From the NCBI GenBank assembly GCA_964016885.1, contig OZ024744.1:35154001-35218000 (forward strand): a DNA stretch of 64,000 nt, in the 5' to 3' direction. Shown in pieces: positions 26,454 through 39,330 of this stretch. The position numbers were made by a program, and so were the translations under genes. The notes below the pieces were generated by a model. That model saw only the letters and a program-made list of their open reading frames with translations. It was not told where the DNA came from and did not search any database. How positions within the stretch are numbered: the stretch's first letter is position 1; each line of letters begins with the position of its first letter. The DNA comes from Eledone cirrhosa (lineage: Eukaryota).

Positions 26454-27869
26454 GTAATTAACAATCTTCATTTAATTATATTTTATTACATTTTATTGAT
26501 GCAGCATGGTCGAATGGTTATGAAGTTTGCTTTGTAATCATGTCGTGGGTTCAATTGTGAGGCACCTTTGGCAAGTGTCATTAAACTACAGCTTCAAGTT
26601 GACTCAAGTTGTGTGAGAGAAATTGCTTAGCTGAAAAATATTTGGAAGCCCATTGGATGGACTGTCTGCTATTCAAAACTCTACACAGTTTCATACTGAA
26701 TCTCCCTGAGAATTATGTTAATGATACACATATCTCTGAAATACTCAGCCACTTACACTATAATACAAGATGGACTGTAACAATAATTAAAAAAGCCAAC
26801 TAACATTTCACACACTCTGTGTAATGCTGAATCTCCCTGGGAATTACGATTAGTGTACATATGCATGTATGCTTATAGGTAGGCTTATTCTTACTAGAAA
26901 ATATCACAGTAATATCACTGTAAATGTATCAAGGTTTTCAACTATATTGAAAGTAATGAGTGAAAGTATATAACATTCAGCTAATATTGGCCATACTGAA
27001 ATATATTGGATCCATCTGTTCCGATAACATTCCAGTTATTTGAACAAAGGAACAGCCTGTTTATGAATTTAATGTATATGTGGCTGAGCATGAGATTTGC
27101 CATCCTTTTCCCTTTTTCTCATACATGTGTGGCACAAACATGACCTTTTAGTCTTTTGCTAAGGACATAGATTCCTATCTGTTTATGATGCAGCAAAAGA
27201 AAAGGCCATGCTCACACAATATATGTGTAAGTTGTTTAGATCAAGTGATGCCTGTGCTTGAAGCTTTTTTAAGTGGAAAAAGGCCTTATACTAGACCAAT
27301 CCACTCCCTGAATAAGGGTGACAGGTATACAAAGAGAAGAACAGGTCAACATCATTGACTGCCATCATCACAGGTTTTACATCAGTTTTTCCTTCTCCTA
27401 GAATGATATCCTAACAATAACTAAGGTACTCTCACTCCTAGTAGGGTAACCACATGCTTGGGCATCAAAGTGAGTATTTCCATGTCCACTCACATACATA
27501 CATGCATACACACTCACACGTGTATATATGTGTGTGTGAATATAATATATATATATATATATCCACAGACGCACATACACACATATATTTACACATGCAC
27601 ATGTACATACATCTGTCCACACTTACATACATACATATGTACATACATACATATATATATGTACATACATACATGGTCACAAAACATAGTGGCCATAGAA
27701 ATGGATCCAGAAGTTTCTCCCATCTTTTCTTTGCCAATTATCTGAAATTTTATGAGACAAATATCAACTATGTAAAAAACCACAATTGGATATCATTACC
27801 CAATTTTCTACTGACATTGGAAAGAAATTTAGTGAGTTGTCCCCAACCTCTGAAAACCTAAAAACGAAC

Positions 27870-29370
27870 GGCTTGAGGGTACAACCTTTGCAGTCAGGTG
27901 ACAATTATAGGTATTTGGGCAGGATGAGAATGTAAAAAATGATGATGATTCAGTATGACACTGTGTATGTCAAGGCTTGGTTTTTGAATAAGGAGAATAT
28001 GATCATCAAAACTATCAGTGTACAACAAGTACATTGCCCATAATACTTTTGCTGCATCCATCCTAACTCCAACATATGGCCTGCTGAATAGATTATTGTA
28101 AGAACTAAGTGAGATGGATGTAAGAACTGGCAAGCTGCTCAGTGTTACTGGAAACTTTAACATCAATGGTGATGTGAATAGGCTACACTTCTCACTCAAG
28201 GAAGGTGACCTGGGTCTAAAATCCATATTAACATCACACGAGACCTTGATAAGAATACTGAAGCAGCATATCCAACAGAATTAGGGTAGCAACTAATTTA
28301 GAAAAGAAATATGAAATAAAACCTGATACAAATCTCTCTCCCAGGAACATTGGAAGATCCTATTCAATGCTCGAACAAAATTAAAAAAAGGATCAATCCA
28401 TTGAGAATGTTTTACATGGGTACTTAAGAAGAAAAACGCAGAGCATAGAGGGGGCTATACCATACTAAAAGCCTGACATAGTGTTTTGACAAGTTCATAA
28501 CATTCCACCTTGAAGGATATCCCTATGCAATCCAGGAACAAGAAATCCCCAGCAAGTACCTACTGCACAAAAGAGGAAGGTCATCAGTTGATAATAAATA
28601 TAAGCTGTGCAAAGCAGATTGAAGATGTTAGCCACATTGTTGCCAAGTGTGAAAGAATGTCATCTCTATACTACCTCTCCATGAGGCATGATGTGATAGC
28701 TAGAACGATATGGAATGCGTTACGGAAAACAAAAATCAAATCAAATATGGTTGAGACTGATGGTTCAAAGTAATACTAATGAAACCTAAAAATAAAGACT
28801 GCCACTAAATTAAAACACAACTGGTCTGATATTGTTGTTTGAGACCAGATATTAAAAACATGCTCTGTTGAAGAAGTCAGCTGCTCTCTTGATGTCAATG
28901 TGGTAAGAAAATGCAAGGGAAGGAGGATATCTACGGACTATTGATGATGAGTTTGCAGGTTCAGTATCCAAGATACACATTCAAGTTCATACTCATTATT
29001 ATTGGAACTACAAGGGCAGTGGATTGGCAGTATCAGTAGAGGGTCGGACGTCATGCTTTGCAGCATAGAGTTACGCCCCTTTACGATCTGAGTTCAAATC
29101 CCACCTAGGTTAACTTTGCCTTTCATCCTTATGGGGTCGATAAAATAAAGTACCAGTAATGCACTGGGATAATTGCTGGCCTTGTGCCAAAAGTAGAAAC
29201 AATTATTATTGAAACTACAGGTATTATACCAGCTTGCCTGGAGCAAAGTATAACTGGATTTGGATTTGTAGAGAAAGAATGTAGCCCCTTAATTCACGGG
29301 TTACAAATGGCCGCAATATCTGAAACCTTAAAAATGTATAAAACATTCCTACGATTCAAATTTATTAATG
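27870..29370 (+). mobile_element. Decayed R4/Dong-like LINE (RT end, CCHC finger, RLE nuclease), interrupted by a SINE
   Basis: GDVNRLHFSLKEGDLGLKS, C..QIEDVSHIVAKC......Y..RHDVIA, KHN..DIVV, EVSC.LD.NV, F.FI.IIIG.TG; many stops and frameshifts. Confidence 0.7.
29013..29201 (+). mobile_element. Full-length SINE family A with 18-bp target-site duplication
   Basis: ATTATTATTGGAACTACA (28995-29012) and ATTATTATTGAAACTACA (29202-29219) flank the A/B-box element. Confidence 0.85.
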
Positions 29371-30271
29371 CTTACACAATAGACGATGACTATTTCCTTT
29401 AAAACCATGCCACCAGGAAGTTGGCCGGTCAAACATAAACTCAAAATTAAGAGAAGAGTATACATACATAATACATACATACGTACATACATACATACAT
29501 ACACACTACATACATATGTACATACATACATACAAACATACATATGTACATGCATACGTACATACATACATATATACATACATAAATATATCATAGATAT
29601 TTACATACATACTTATATCAGACATATCTACATGCATGATTACATTCATTGGAAGGATTGTCCTGACATTGTTTTTCTGGAATAGGGAACAAAAATAATA
29701 ATCAGCTGACCAGTGCATGTGAATGTTTCCTTTAAATTTCTCATTTTAACAGAAAATGTCTGTTAAAGTACTCTGAGCCTTACAGCCTGTGTATCCTGGT
29801 TGTAAATTCCCATTTGTATCTATTGTCAAAAGTGAAGCTATACAATGGCAAATTTTGCATAAACATCTAAAAATGCTGGGAGCTTCCCACAAAACACCCC
29901 CTACCCATAACAAACCTAGCTGACTCACATCCTTCTCTAAGTCCAGTGAATTGTAAAACATTCCTAAGATTCTAAATTTGATTTTCCTAAAAAAATTAAG
30001 GCAAACTTGGGTGATTTCTAGCTGATAAAGCTGTACTGAATGTAAGTAACGCTATACTGAATGCTGTTGTTCTAGTTGGTATTACTTGCTATCTGGACAG
30101 ATACTTACAGACAGACACGTTTCCGTTTGGTGAGCTTATATGCCCCATTAGTTTACTAAAAAATATGGGGAAATATTCTAATTCAATTTCAATTTTGAAA
30201 TTCCGCTCACTATTTTCTAATCTTTCCTCATAATTTACTATGTTTTTCATTATATTTGTTTTTTATTTCAG

Positions 30272-30349
30272 GATGATTTCATTGATGATGGGAACAATAT
30301 GAATGAAGTATCTCTTAAAAGAATAGCGAAGAAGGCCCCATATATCTAA
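30272..30349 (+). CDS. SCG5: 7B2 last coding exon (second AKK motif, stop)
   Basis: Strong polypyrimidine tract and TTTCAG|; DDFIDDGNNMNEVSLKRIAKKAPYI-TAA; spliced CDS totals 759 nt = 252 aa plus stop. Confidence 0.85.
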   Translation, partial: DDFIDDGNNMNEVSLKRIAKKAPYI

Positions 30350-31030
30350 AGCACCAAAAAAAAAAACAGACAATCATATAATCAAGAAATCAAAATGGAA
30401 AAATTCCTTGATGGAGATATATTTAACTTGAAAAATTAACAGAAAAATTAACAAAAGTATTCCACTGCTGTAATTTATTCTTCTTATTCTTATATAACCA
30501 CTGTTATATATTTTTTGGCAGATTTTAACGGACGTTGTTATTGTTGTTGTTTTTTTTTTGTTTTTTTTCTTTATGTTTATAGTTTCATTTGTTAATAATT
30601 CAGTTTACATATTTGATATTATAGGACTTTTGTGAATTTTAGGAGGATCATTTTTGCAACTTAAAAAATACAAACATACTGATTGTAGTCAACTTCTTTA
30701 TTTGTCTGTTCAGTTCTTTATTGTTAAAAATGTTTTTTGTCACACTACTGTGGCCTTATCAATGATCTGTCATTAATAAGGTTGCAGTATTGTCATGAAC
30801 AAAAATTTGTTACATATTAATTAGTTAATTAAAGACATAAAGAAGTTGACTTCAACCAATGCTTGTGTTTTTATTTTGAAAAATAACCCTTCCAAAGTAC
30901 AGCAATATTGGTTATAACATATGGTTTCAAATAAAAAAAATCTTTAAAGAAACACAAAATACAAAAACAACTTTTGTGAAATTTCAAAGAAATTCTATTT
31001 AATGAAATAAATATTTAATTCTCTTCCAGC
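30350..31030 (+). other. Putative 7B2 3' UTR with long fold-back and poly(A) signals
   Basis: AATAAA at 30930-30935 and 31006-31011 followed by T-rich sequence; internal inverted symmetry centred on 30766-30769. Confidence 0.6.
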
Positions 31031-31849
31031 TCCCTATTTTTCTTTATTTTTCAAAATTTGATCTAATTCTTTTATTAAATTGCATTTTACAATTTGTCAA
31101 CAATTTTACAATTGTTGTTGGTTTCAGTTTTCTAATGGACAACTCACTGGATTACTGTATTTCATTATGTCATAGGTTTGATCCCATGGCATGGCATCTT
31201 AGGCAAGTGTTATTTACATAGCCCACGGTTGATCTAAGTCTTGTGACAAACATTGTGTAGACAGAAACTGTTTAGAAGCCTATCAGATAGACTGTAACTG
31301 GATTTCAATGGGCTAGCCTTGTCACATTGGATCTTCCTGAGAATTTCATTAAGAGCATGTGTAATTGGAGAATCTTCAGTTACTTGTATGTTAATTTAGT
31401 AGCAGGATGATGCTTTGATCAAACAACTGGAACACTTATCGTGAAAACCAAAGGAGGGCAATTCCATTCATATTTATCATAGTAAGATTTGACAAATGAA
31501 AGTCTGTAACTTAGTGCAAAGGACAATGTTTGAAGAGAACCAACTTTTTGTTGATTATTTTTCATTCTTTGCCAATATACAATGACAAATGATATACTCC
31601 TACAGACACATTACAGCCTCCCTAGTGCTGGTGCAATGATACATTGTACCCAGTACACTCTGTTATGTGAGTTGATGTAAGGAAAGACATCCAGCTGTGT
31701 CAAAAATGAAATGTATGAGTGAAATGTGGTCCTGGAATCCAGCTATGAGGACAAAAACATATAATAAAAATTGGCTAAGATTGTGATGACCTGTGCAAGC
31801 AATGCCAGCATGGAAATAATATATATATATATAAATATATATATATATA

Positions 31850-32290
31850 TCATCATCATCATCACCATTTTACGTCCGTTCTTCCACGCTAGCATGGGCT
31901 AGACGGCTTGTCCTGTTGTGGGCAGTGTCCGGTTGGCTGACCTTGTCTTGCTCATATGGGAACTGATTCTGGCTTGATTTCTACAGCTGGATGCCCTTCC
32001 TAACACCAACCTCATTTACAGTGAGTGCTGGGTGCTTTTTTCCGTGGCGTCTACACGTCCACTTTACAGTGTGACTAGGTGCTTTTTTGCCGTGGCACCT
32101 CCACAACCACTTTGCAGTGGAATGATATGGACCCCAGTCTCTATCATCTCATTTCTCCAGCTGAGTAAACTGGAGCAATGTGAAATAAAGTGTCTTGCTC
32201 AAGGACACAACACATCACCCGGTCTGAGAATTGAACTCACAACCTTTCGATTGTAAGGCCAATGCTCTAACTACTAAGCCATGTGCCTCC
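31850..32290 (-). mobile_element. tRNA/CORE-like SINE family B carrying an RTE-derived 3' tail
   Basis: Head GCACATGGCTTAGTAG..GAGTTCAATTC, core CCTTGAGCAAGACACTT, tail shared with the RTE 3' UTR ending in (TGA)n. Other copies at 39548-39880(+), 55040-55235(-) and 4190-4310(-). Confidence 0.8.
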
Positions 32291-32299
32291 ATATATATA

Positions 32300-33593
32300 C
32301 AGGGTGCGGACGATATTTGTTCACAAGATTACTGTCTAGGAAAAAATAACACAGTAGTTTTATTTTTTAAGATATATTTATCAAACTTGGGTCAGTTTGT
32401 CTTGATGACGTGTTCTTTCGGTCTCACTTGATAAAGCCGCCATTGGCTTTGATGACGGCCTCAAGGCGGCCTCGGAACCAGCTACAGGCCTTCGTCACTG
32501 TCCCCCGACTTAGGCCCCTAAAGGCACTTGTGATCCTGGCCTTCAGATCGTCTTTCGTATTGCAGCTAGATCTCGTTCCACTGCGCCCACACAAAGAAGT
32601 CGAGGGGGTTGCAGTCAAGCAAGCTGGGAGGCCAAATGTCAGGTGAAAAGTGGTCGATGAAGTTCTCTGATAGCCAGGCTTGGGTCTTTCGGCTGGTATG
32701 GCAGGGCGCTGAGTCTTGCTGCCACACATACGTCCTACCTGCAGCTACCTGGTCGATGCAGGGCTTTACTACCTCACTGAGAATGCGGATGTAGCCATCG
32801 GTGTTCAGCTTGAGGCCCTCAGGGAAGAAGTGAGGTGGCATGACGTCACCTTGACTGCTGACGACACCTAAGACCAATGTTGTCACTGGAAACTTTGTCT
32901 GCATGACTCTGGGCACGTCTTTGGATGAGACAGCGAGCCACCTGTTGTTCTGGGAGATGATCTTCTGGTCTTGGCAGAAGTTTTTCTCGTCGGAGAAAAA
33001 CCAGAGCATCTGGCTCCAGTGGGTGTTTCAACTTGTTGATCAGCTTCTTTGCGTGCTTCAGTCGCTTTTCTTGCATCGCCTTTGACAGAAATTGTCCTTT
33101 CCTCATCTTGTATGAAACGTAGCGAATGTCTTCATGTACCACTAGCCTAATGAGCTTTTCATCCACGCCTTTCTCCCTTGCAATGGCACGCATCGACTTG
33201 CTAGGTTCATTGTTGATGATATCCTGAACTTCAGCGACAAACTCAGGCGTTCTGAAGGCGTCAGATCGTCGATCATGTGTTTTCCTCTCTGATGTTGCTT
33301 CGTAGTCGAATCCTGAATCTTCCAATTCCTTTCTGACCTTTTCCACCATTCTGCTGTTGACGCCGAGAAAGTCTGAAATTTCCTTATTTATCCTCCCGGT
33401 GCGGATTCCAAGAAGAACTCCGTGTTTCTTCCACAAATTTGGAGGTTCAAAATTATTCATAATCAATTATTCTGAAAATAAATAATGGAAATATAGTCAC
33501 TGTTTTTATGAAGACAAGAGCGACAACGGAAGTAAAAGAAATTTGCATAAAATTAGCAGTTGAAAATTGCGAACAAATATTGTCCACACCCTG
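32300..33593 (-). mobile_element. Full-length maT/Bmmar1-type (DD37D) Tc1-mariner transposon with frameshifted transposase
   Basis: 27-bp TIRs CAGGGTG(C/T)GGAC(G/A)ATATTTGTTC(A/G)CAA with TA flanks; FSDEK, WQQDSAPCH and DCNPLDFFVW motifs with 37 residues between 2nd and 3rd D; ORF split into 32846..33466, 32566..33009 and a short tail. Confidence 0.93.
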
Positions 33594-33744
33594 TATATAT
33601 ATATATATATAAATATGTTGTTTCCTTGAGCAAGACACTTTATTTCACATTGCTCCAGTTTACTCAGCAACCGGTCTAACCCATGCTAGCGTGGAAGAAC
33701 GGACGTAAAAAGGTGACGATGATGATGATGATGATGATATATAT

Positions 33745-36585
33745 CATCATCATTATCATCATCATCATCATTTTACGTCCGCTTTTCCCTGCTTGCAAGG
33801 GTTGGACGGGTTCTATTCAGCATCTCTCCACTCGTCACGGTCCTTTGTCATCTCCTCAGTCAGTTTCAGTGATCCGAGGTCTGCTCTCACCACCTCCGCC
33901 CATGTTTTTTGAGGTCTACCTCTACTGCGTCTTTCTTCTACTCGGACTTCCTGGCACTTCTTCACCCATCGGTCATCCTCCATGCGCATCACATGTCCAT
34001 ACCATCTCAGCCTTCTCTCCTGCACACCACAACTTATCCCTCTTATACCCAGTTTCTCTCTCAACTCATCCATGCTTGGTCGCTCACGTACATTGACATT
34101 GCACATTCAACGCTTGTTTCATTTCTCTCCAGTCGTCGCATATCTTCTGCAGTAGCTGCCCATGTCTCACTACCATGCAGTATAGCGCATCTCACACAGG
34201 CATCATATAACTGTCCTTTCGTATGCAGGGAGAAACCCTTCTTTGTCAACAGAGGGAGCAGCTCCCTAAACTTCTTCCAACCCATCCTTATTCTAGATAC
34301 TATGGCCTCGGAACCCCCTCTCATGCTAATCTGATCACCTAGGTACCGGAAGCTATCAACCACTTCTATAGAACCCACCTGCATTAGAAAAATGAGTCTA
34401 TCACATCGATTACTACTGCCAACTTTCCCTGCATACGTAGTTTTCCCTACCTGTTAGTTTGCCTGCTATCCCACTACATCTCTTGTGTACCCAAGATCTG
34501 CATTGTGTACATTTTATGGAATTTATGCCAGTTCCTTTTCTGCATATCGAACATGGCCATTTCCCTGATGGAATCAGAGTACTGTCCTCTCTTCTACATA
34601 GCAATGCTTTTGTTTTAGCTATGTTCACTCTCAGTCCTCTTGATTCCAACTACTGTTTCCATAGCCAGAATTTATTCTCTAGCTCCTCTACTGATTCTGC
34701 TATAAGAATCAGATCATCAAAATAGAGAAGTTCCCATGGGCATCCAGTCTTAAACTCCTCCGTTATGGCTTGGAGGACTATAATGAACAAGAGTGGGCTG
34801 AGGACCGAACCTTGATGTACTCCTACTTGTATCTGGAATCCCTCACTAAACTCCATTCCTATTCTCACTTTACTGACAGCATCCCTGTACATAGCTTGCA
34901 GTGATTTCACAAGCCTTTCCTCTACCCCTAGTTTCCTTAGGGACCACCAGATGACAGATCTGGGTACCCTATCAAAGGCCTTCTCTAGGTCAACAAAAGC
35001 TAAGTATAGTGGCTTATTCTTCTCTAAGAACTTCTCTTGTAGTTGCCTCACTAAGAAGAGGGCATCTGTTGTACTTTTCCCAGGCACAAAACCAAACTGC
35101 ATCTCATCTAAATTGACCCTTTCTCTAATTAGTTGCGCTAATATTCTCTCTCCCGCTTTCATAACCTGATCCATCAGGTTTATGCCCCTATAATTGCTCC
35201 TCTCCAGAGCATCCCCTTTACCTTTGTAGCAATTTATGAGAAAACTGCTGCACCAGTCTTTGGGTATGACACCACCATATATAACTTGATTGATGATGAA
35301 TGCAACCAGTTTAATGCCTACTTCACCTGATGCCTTCAGCATCTCGGCAACTATCCCCGATGGTCCAGCAGCCTTACCATTTTTCATTTCCTTAATTGCC
35401 TCTTGTACCCTATATTCGTCAATCTCAAAAGCTGGTCCCTCTGTTGGGTCTACTGGGGGTAATTTCTCTCTTTCCCATTTGTTCTCTACATTCATCGGTC
35501 TCTCATAGTGACATTTCCAGGCCTCCTTCTTTTGATCATTCATGACACTAAGTACACCGGCATTATTCCGGACACACTTATCTCCAACAACATCCTGATT
35601 TGCACTGACACACTGCCTTGCAATGTCTCTGATCTTCCCGTCGCAGAACATTGGCAAACCTCCTACTCTCAGCCTCCCTGCGTGTTAAGTACACCTGATG
35701 TCTAGTTTCTCTCTTAGCAGCTGTGTATCTGTCTCTACTACCACCATTTTTCCAAGCCTTCCATGCCAGTCTTTTGTCTCTACCGTGCTGTTCCACCACC
35801 AGGTGACTCTTTGTCTGGTTGAAGCTCTGCTCTAGCCACAAGTTTCTTCAGTAACCTGTAGTAAGTTGTCACACAAGAAATTCCAGTTATCATCTATGTC
35901 ATGCAACTCTAAATCGTCTTCTTTTTCGTTGTATGCATCTTGAAGGGCTTTGCTAAATTTATATTTTAATGAAAGGTCTTTTAGCTTCCAGACCTTTTTT
36001 TTCCACACCTTCATGAATGTCTCATTCTTTCTCTTGCTTACTGAGATGTCACTAACGACTAACCTATGCTGTGGGGGTACAATCTTCCCCAGGGTAAGCC
36101 TTAGTATTTGACACCATCTGTCTGTCTCGTTGTCTAACTAGCAGGAAGTCAATCTGGCTTATGTGCTCACCTGATTTGTAGGTTATTAGGTGGTTGGTAG
36201 GCTTCTGGAAGTTAGTGTTGCAAATGGTTAGTGCATTTGCATCACAAAATTCACGAAGCGTCTCCTTCTTCAATTCTTGAGCCGTAACCGTGCCCACCAT
36301 GTACCCCAGTGTATCCATCCTGGAGCTGTCCAACATGTCCATTGAAGTCCCCTGCTAGCATAACGATGTCTCTATCCTCTGTCATTGAGGCTGTCTGTAA
36401 AAGTTGCTTGTAAAAGCAATCTTTCTCATCTTTACCTAGGCCAACCTGGGGAGCATAGGCAGAGATGATTGTCAGTAGTCTCTTGCCTACAACTAATCTA
36501 AGCTTAATTATTCTATCACTAACTCTAACTACCTCTATTTTCTTATTGATCCATCTCTCAGCCAGTAATATGCCCACCCCCACCT
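33745..36585 (-). mobile_element. RTE LINE, long copy (partial APE endonuclease and RT), pseudogenised
   Basis: GVGILL, ISAYAPQVG, AGDFNGHVG, QIDFLL, NYRGINL, QFGFVPGKSTTDA, FVDLEKAFDRV, HQGSVLSPLLF, LYFDDL; several stops and frameshifts. Confidence 0.93.
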
Positions 36586-36589
36586 AACC

Positions 36590-37200
36590 CATTCTCACAC
36601 ATGGCCTCACTAGCCACCCCACTACCATGCGCAGCCCTAACACGGTTAGTGTTATTGCTGTTAACACAGTTCTTTTTGTGCGATTGCTTGATGATAGTCA
36701 GGGGGTTCTCGCACATGGCTGCACCAGCCACCCCACTACTCTGCACAGCCCTAACATAGTTAGTGTTATTGCTGTTGACGCAGTTGCTGCAATTCTTATT
36801 TTTGTGCTCATAATTTTGGCATTTATTATACTGGTTGGATGCCCTTCCTAACACCAGCACCACTTTTCAGCATGGACTGGGTGCTTTTATTCGTGCCACC
36901 AGCACTAGAGACATTGTCTTAGTGGACTCAGGGTCCCTCTTTACCCCTCCATTTTACAGCATGGACTGGGTGCTTTTATTCGTGCCACCAGCAGTAGAGA
37001 GGTCATCTTACTGGACTCAGGGGCCCTTACCACCCCTCCATTTTACAGCATGGACAGGGTGCTTTTATTCATGCCACCAGCATTAGAGAGGTCATCTTAC
37101 TGGACTCAGGGGCCCTATCCACCCCTCCATTTTACAGCACGGACTGAGTGTTTTTATTCGTGCCACCAGCCCTAGGGAAGTTGTCCTACTGGACTTGGGG
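36590..37200. repeat. Short tandem duplication (~115 bp x2) followed by a ~88-90 bp minisatellite (~4 copies)
   Basis: agccaccccactac..cagccctaaca..gttagtgttattgctgtt occurs twice; ttttacagcatggactgggtgcttttattcgtgccaccagc is repeated. Confidence 0.75.
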
Positions 37201-38147
37201 AACTTCTCTACCCCACACCAATTTATTCGGAGTGGTAACTCTCCTAGACGAGTTGCCTAATTGCGGTTTATGGAGCCTCCGTCCGCCCCTTGTCTGTTCT
37301 ATGATATATTCACGAGGGAATGGTTATCATACAGCGTCGGACATGTATACCGAATGTGTTGGAGGTGCAGTGGGTGGGTGGGAAGTGAGAACCGTTGCCA
37401 GTCACATACACACAAATATAAATAACAAATATACAGCCATCTTTACGGACACTTTTCGTACAAACTGTTGTTACACATACTATTTGAACATAATTTGTAG
37501 ATAAGAAGAAATAAAATGACACCTATCTTTATAAATCCATACAGTGTAATAATCATGGCATGCAGCACGTTTAGAGATATAACGGAAATCTGCATGTTTA
37601 GAGATATAACGTAATGGCTGATACATAGAATTTTTAAACACAGTTGCCAGTCACATACACACAAATATAAATAACAAATATACAGCCATCTTTACGGAAA
37701 ATGAGAGCGTAACGGCTTCCACTCTTCATACAAACTGTTATTACAAATACTATTTGAACATAATTGTAGATATATATATATATATATATAGTAATAATTG
37801 TTTCTACTTTAGGCACAAGGCCAGCAATTACCCAGTGCATTACTGGTACTTTATTTTATCGACCCCGTAAGGATGAAAGGCAAAGTCAACCTCGGCGGGA
37901 TTTGAACTCAGATCGTAAAGGGACGTAACTATGCTGGAAAGCATGGCGTCCGACCCTCTACCGATACTGCCAATCCACAGTAATAATGATAATAAATGTG
38001 AAGACTAAAATCCAAAGAGGGCTCGATAAGGATAAATATATATCAAATATATAAGAACCCTAGCAAATATTTATTAAAATACCAGATTAAAGTTTAAGCA
38101 AAGAATCGCTGCTTTCACCCTTAACGGGATCTTCTGATATATATATA

Positions 38148-39330
38148 GAGGCAGTTACAGGAAAAGTACATAGCTAAAAGTAAGCCACTCTACCTGGCAT
38201 TCGTCGATCTCGAGAAAGCCTTTGACAGAGTTCCACGTGCTGTAATCTGGTGGGTTCTTAAAAAACTAGGAGTAGATGAATGGCTTGTGAAAGCTGTACA
38301 AGCCATGTATAGGAGAGCAGTCAGCAAAGTTAGGATTAGCAATGAGTATACCGAGGAATTTAGCGTACAGGTTGGGGTCCACCAGGGCTCTGTTCTTAGC
38401 CCTCTCCTGTTCATCATAGTACTGCAGGCAATAACAGAGGAGTTTAAGACCGGATGCCCATGGGAACTCCTGTATGCTGATGACCTCGCACTTATAGCTG
38501 AATCTATGGTAGAACTAGAGAAGAAATTTCAAACTTAGAAGCAGGGACTAGAAAGAAAGGGTCTCAAAGTCAACATGACAAAGACTAAGGTCCTTGTAAG
38601 TAGACGAGAAAACAGAACCCAGATCCCCTCAGGGAAATGGCTTTGCTCCGTATGTAGGAAAGGTGTAGGTAGGAACTCCATTCTCTGCCCCAAATGCAAA
38701 CAATGGGTACACAAGAGATGTAGCGGGATCTCAGGAAGCTTAATTAAGAATGTAGGCTTCACATGCAGCAGCTGTACTGGGACAGCAAGCAGCAAACAGC
38801 CACAGGAAACAAGTACCACCAATCTCTGGGAGGGCTCTGTAGAAACAGTAGACAACTTCTGCTACCTAGGTGACCGAATTAGCAGCGGAGGTGGGTGTTC
38901 AGAAAGTATAATAACTAGGGTAAGAACGGGATGGAAGAAGTTTAGGGGACTACTACCACTGCTAGCTGCAAAAGGCAGACTGTATGATGCGTGTATCCGA
39001 ACAGCAATGTTACATGGTAGTGAGACCTGGGCGCTGAAGGTGGAAGACTTACGTAGATTAGAGAGAAACGAAGCCTGCATGCTCCGATGGATGTGTAATA
39101 GTAATATACGCGAACGACAAAGCATAAATGAATTGAAAGAGAGACTGAGCATAAGGGGAATCAAATGCTGTGTGCAGAGAGGTGGTATGGATATGTGATG
39201 CGTATGAAGGATGACAGCTGCATAAAAAGGTGCAGAGCACTAGAAGTCAATGGAAACCGCGGAGTGGGAAGACCCAAGAAGACATGGGATGAGGTGATAA
39301 AAACTGACTACCCAATTACACCTCTCAAAA
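38148..39330 (+). mobile_element. RTE LINE, 5'-truncated, near-identical to 13960-15582
   Basis: RQLQEK..AKSKPLYLAFVDLEKAFDRV, ELLYADDL; ORFs 38287..38538 and 38575..39198; in-frame stop and small deletions. Confidence 0.92.
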
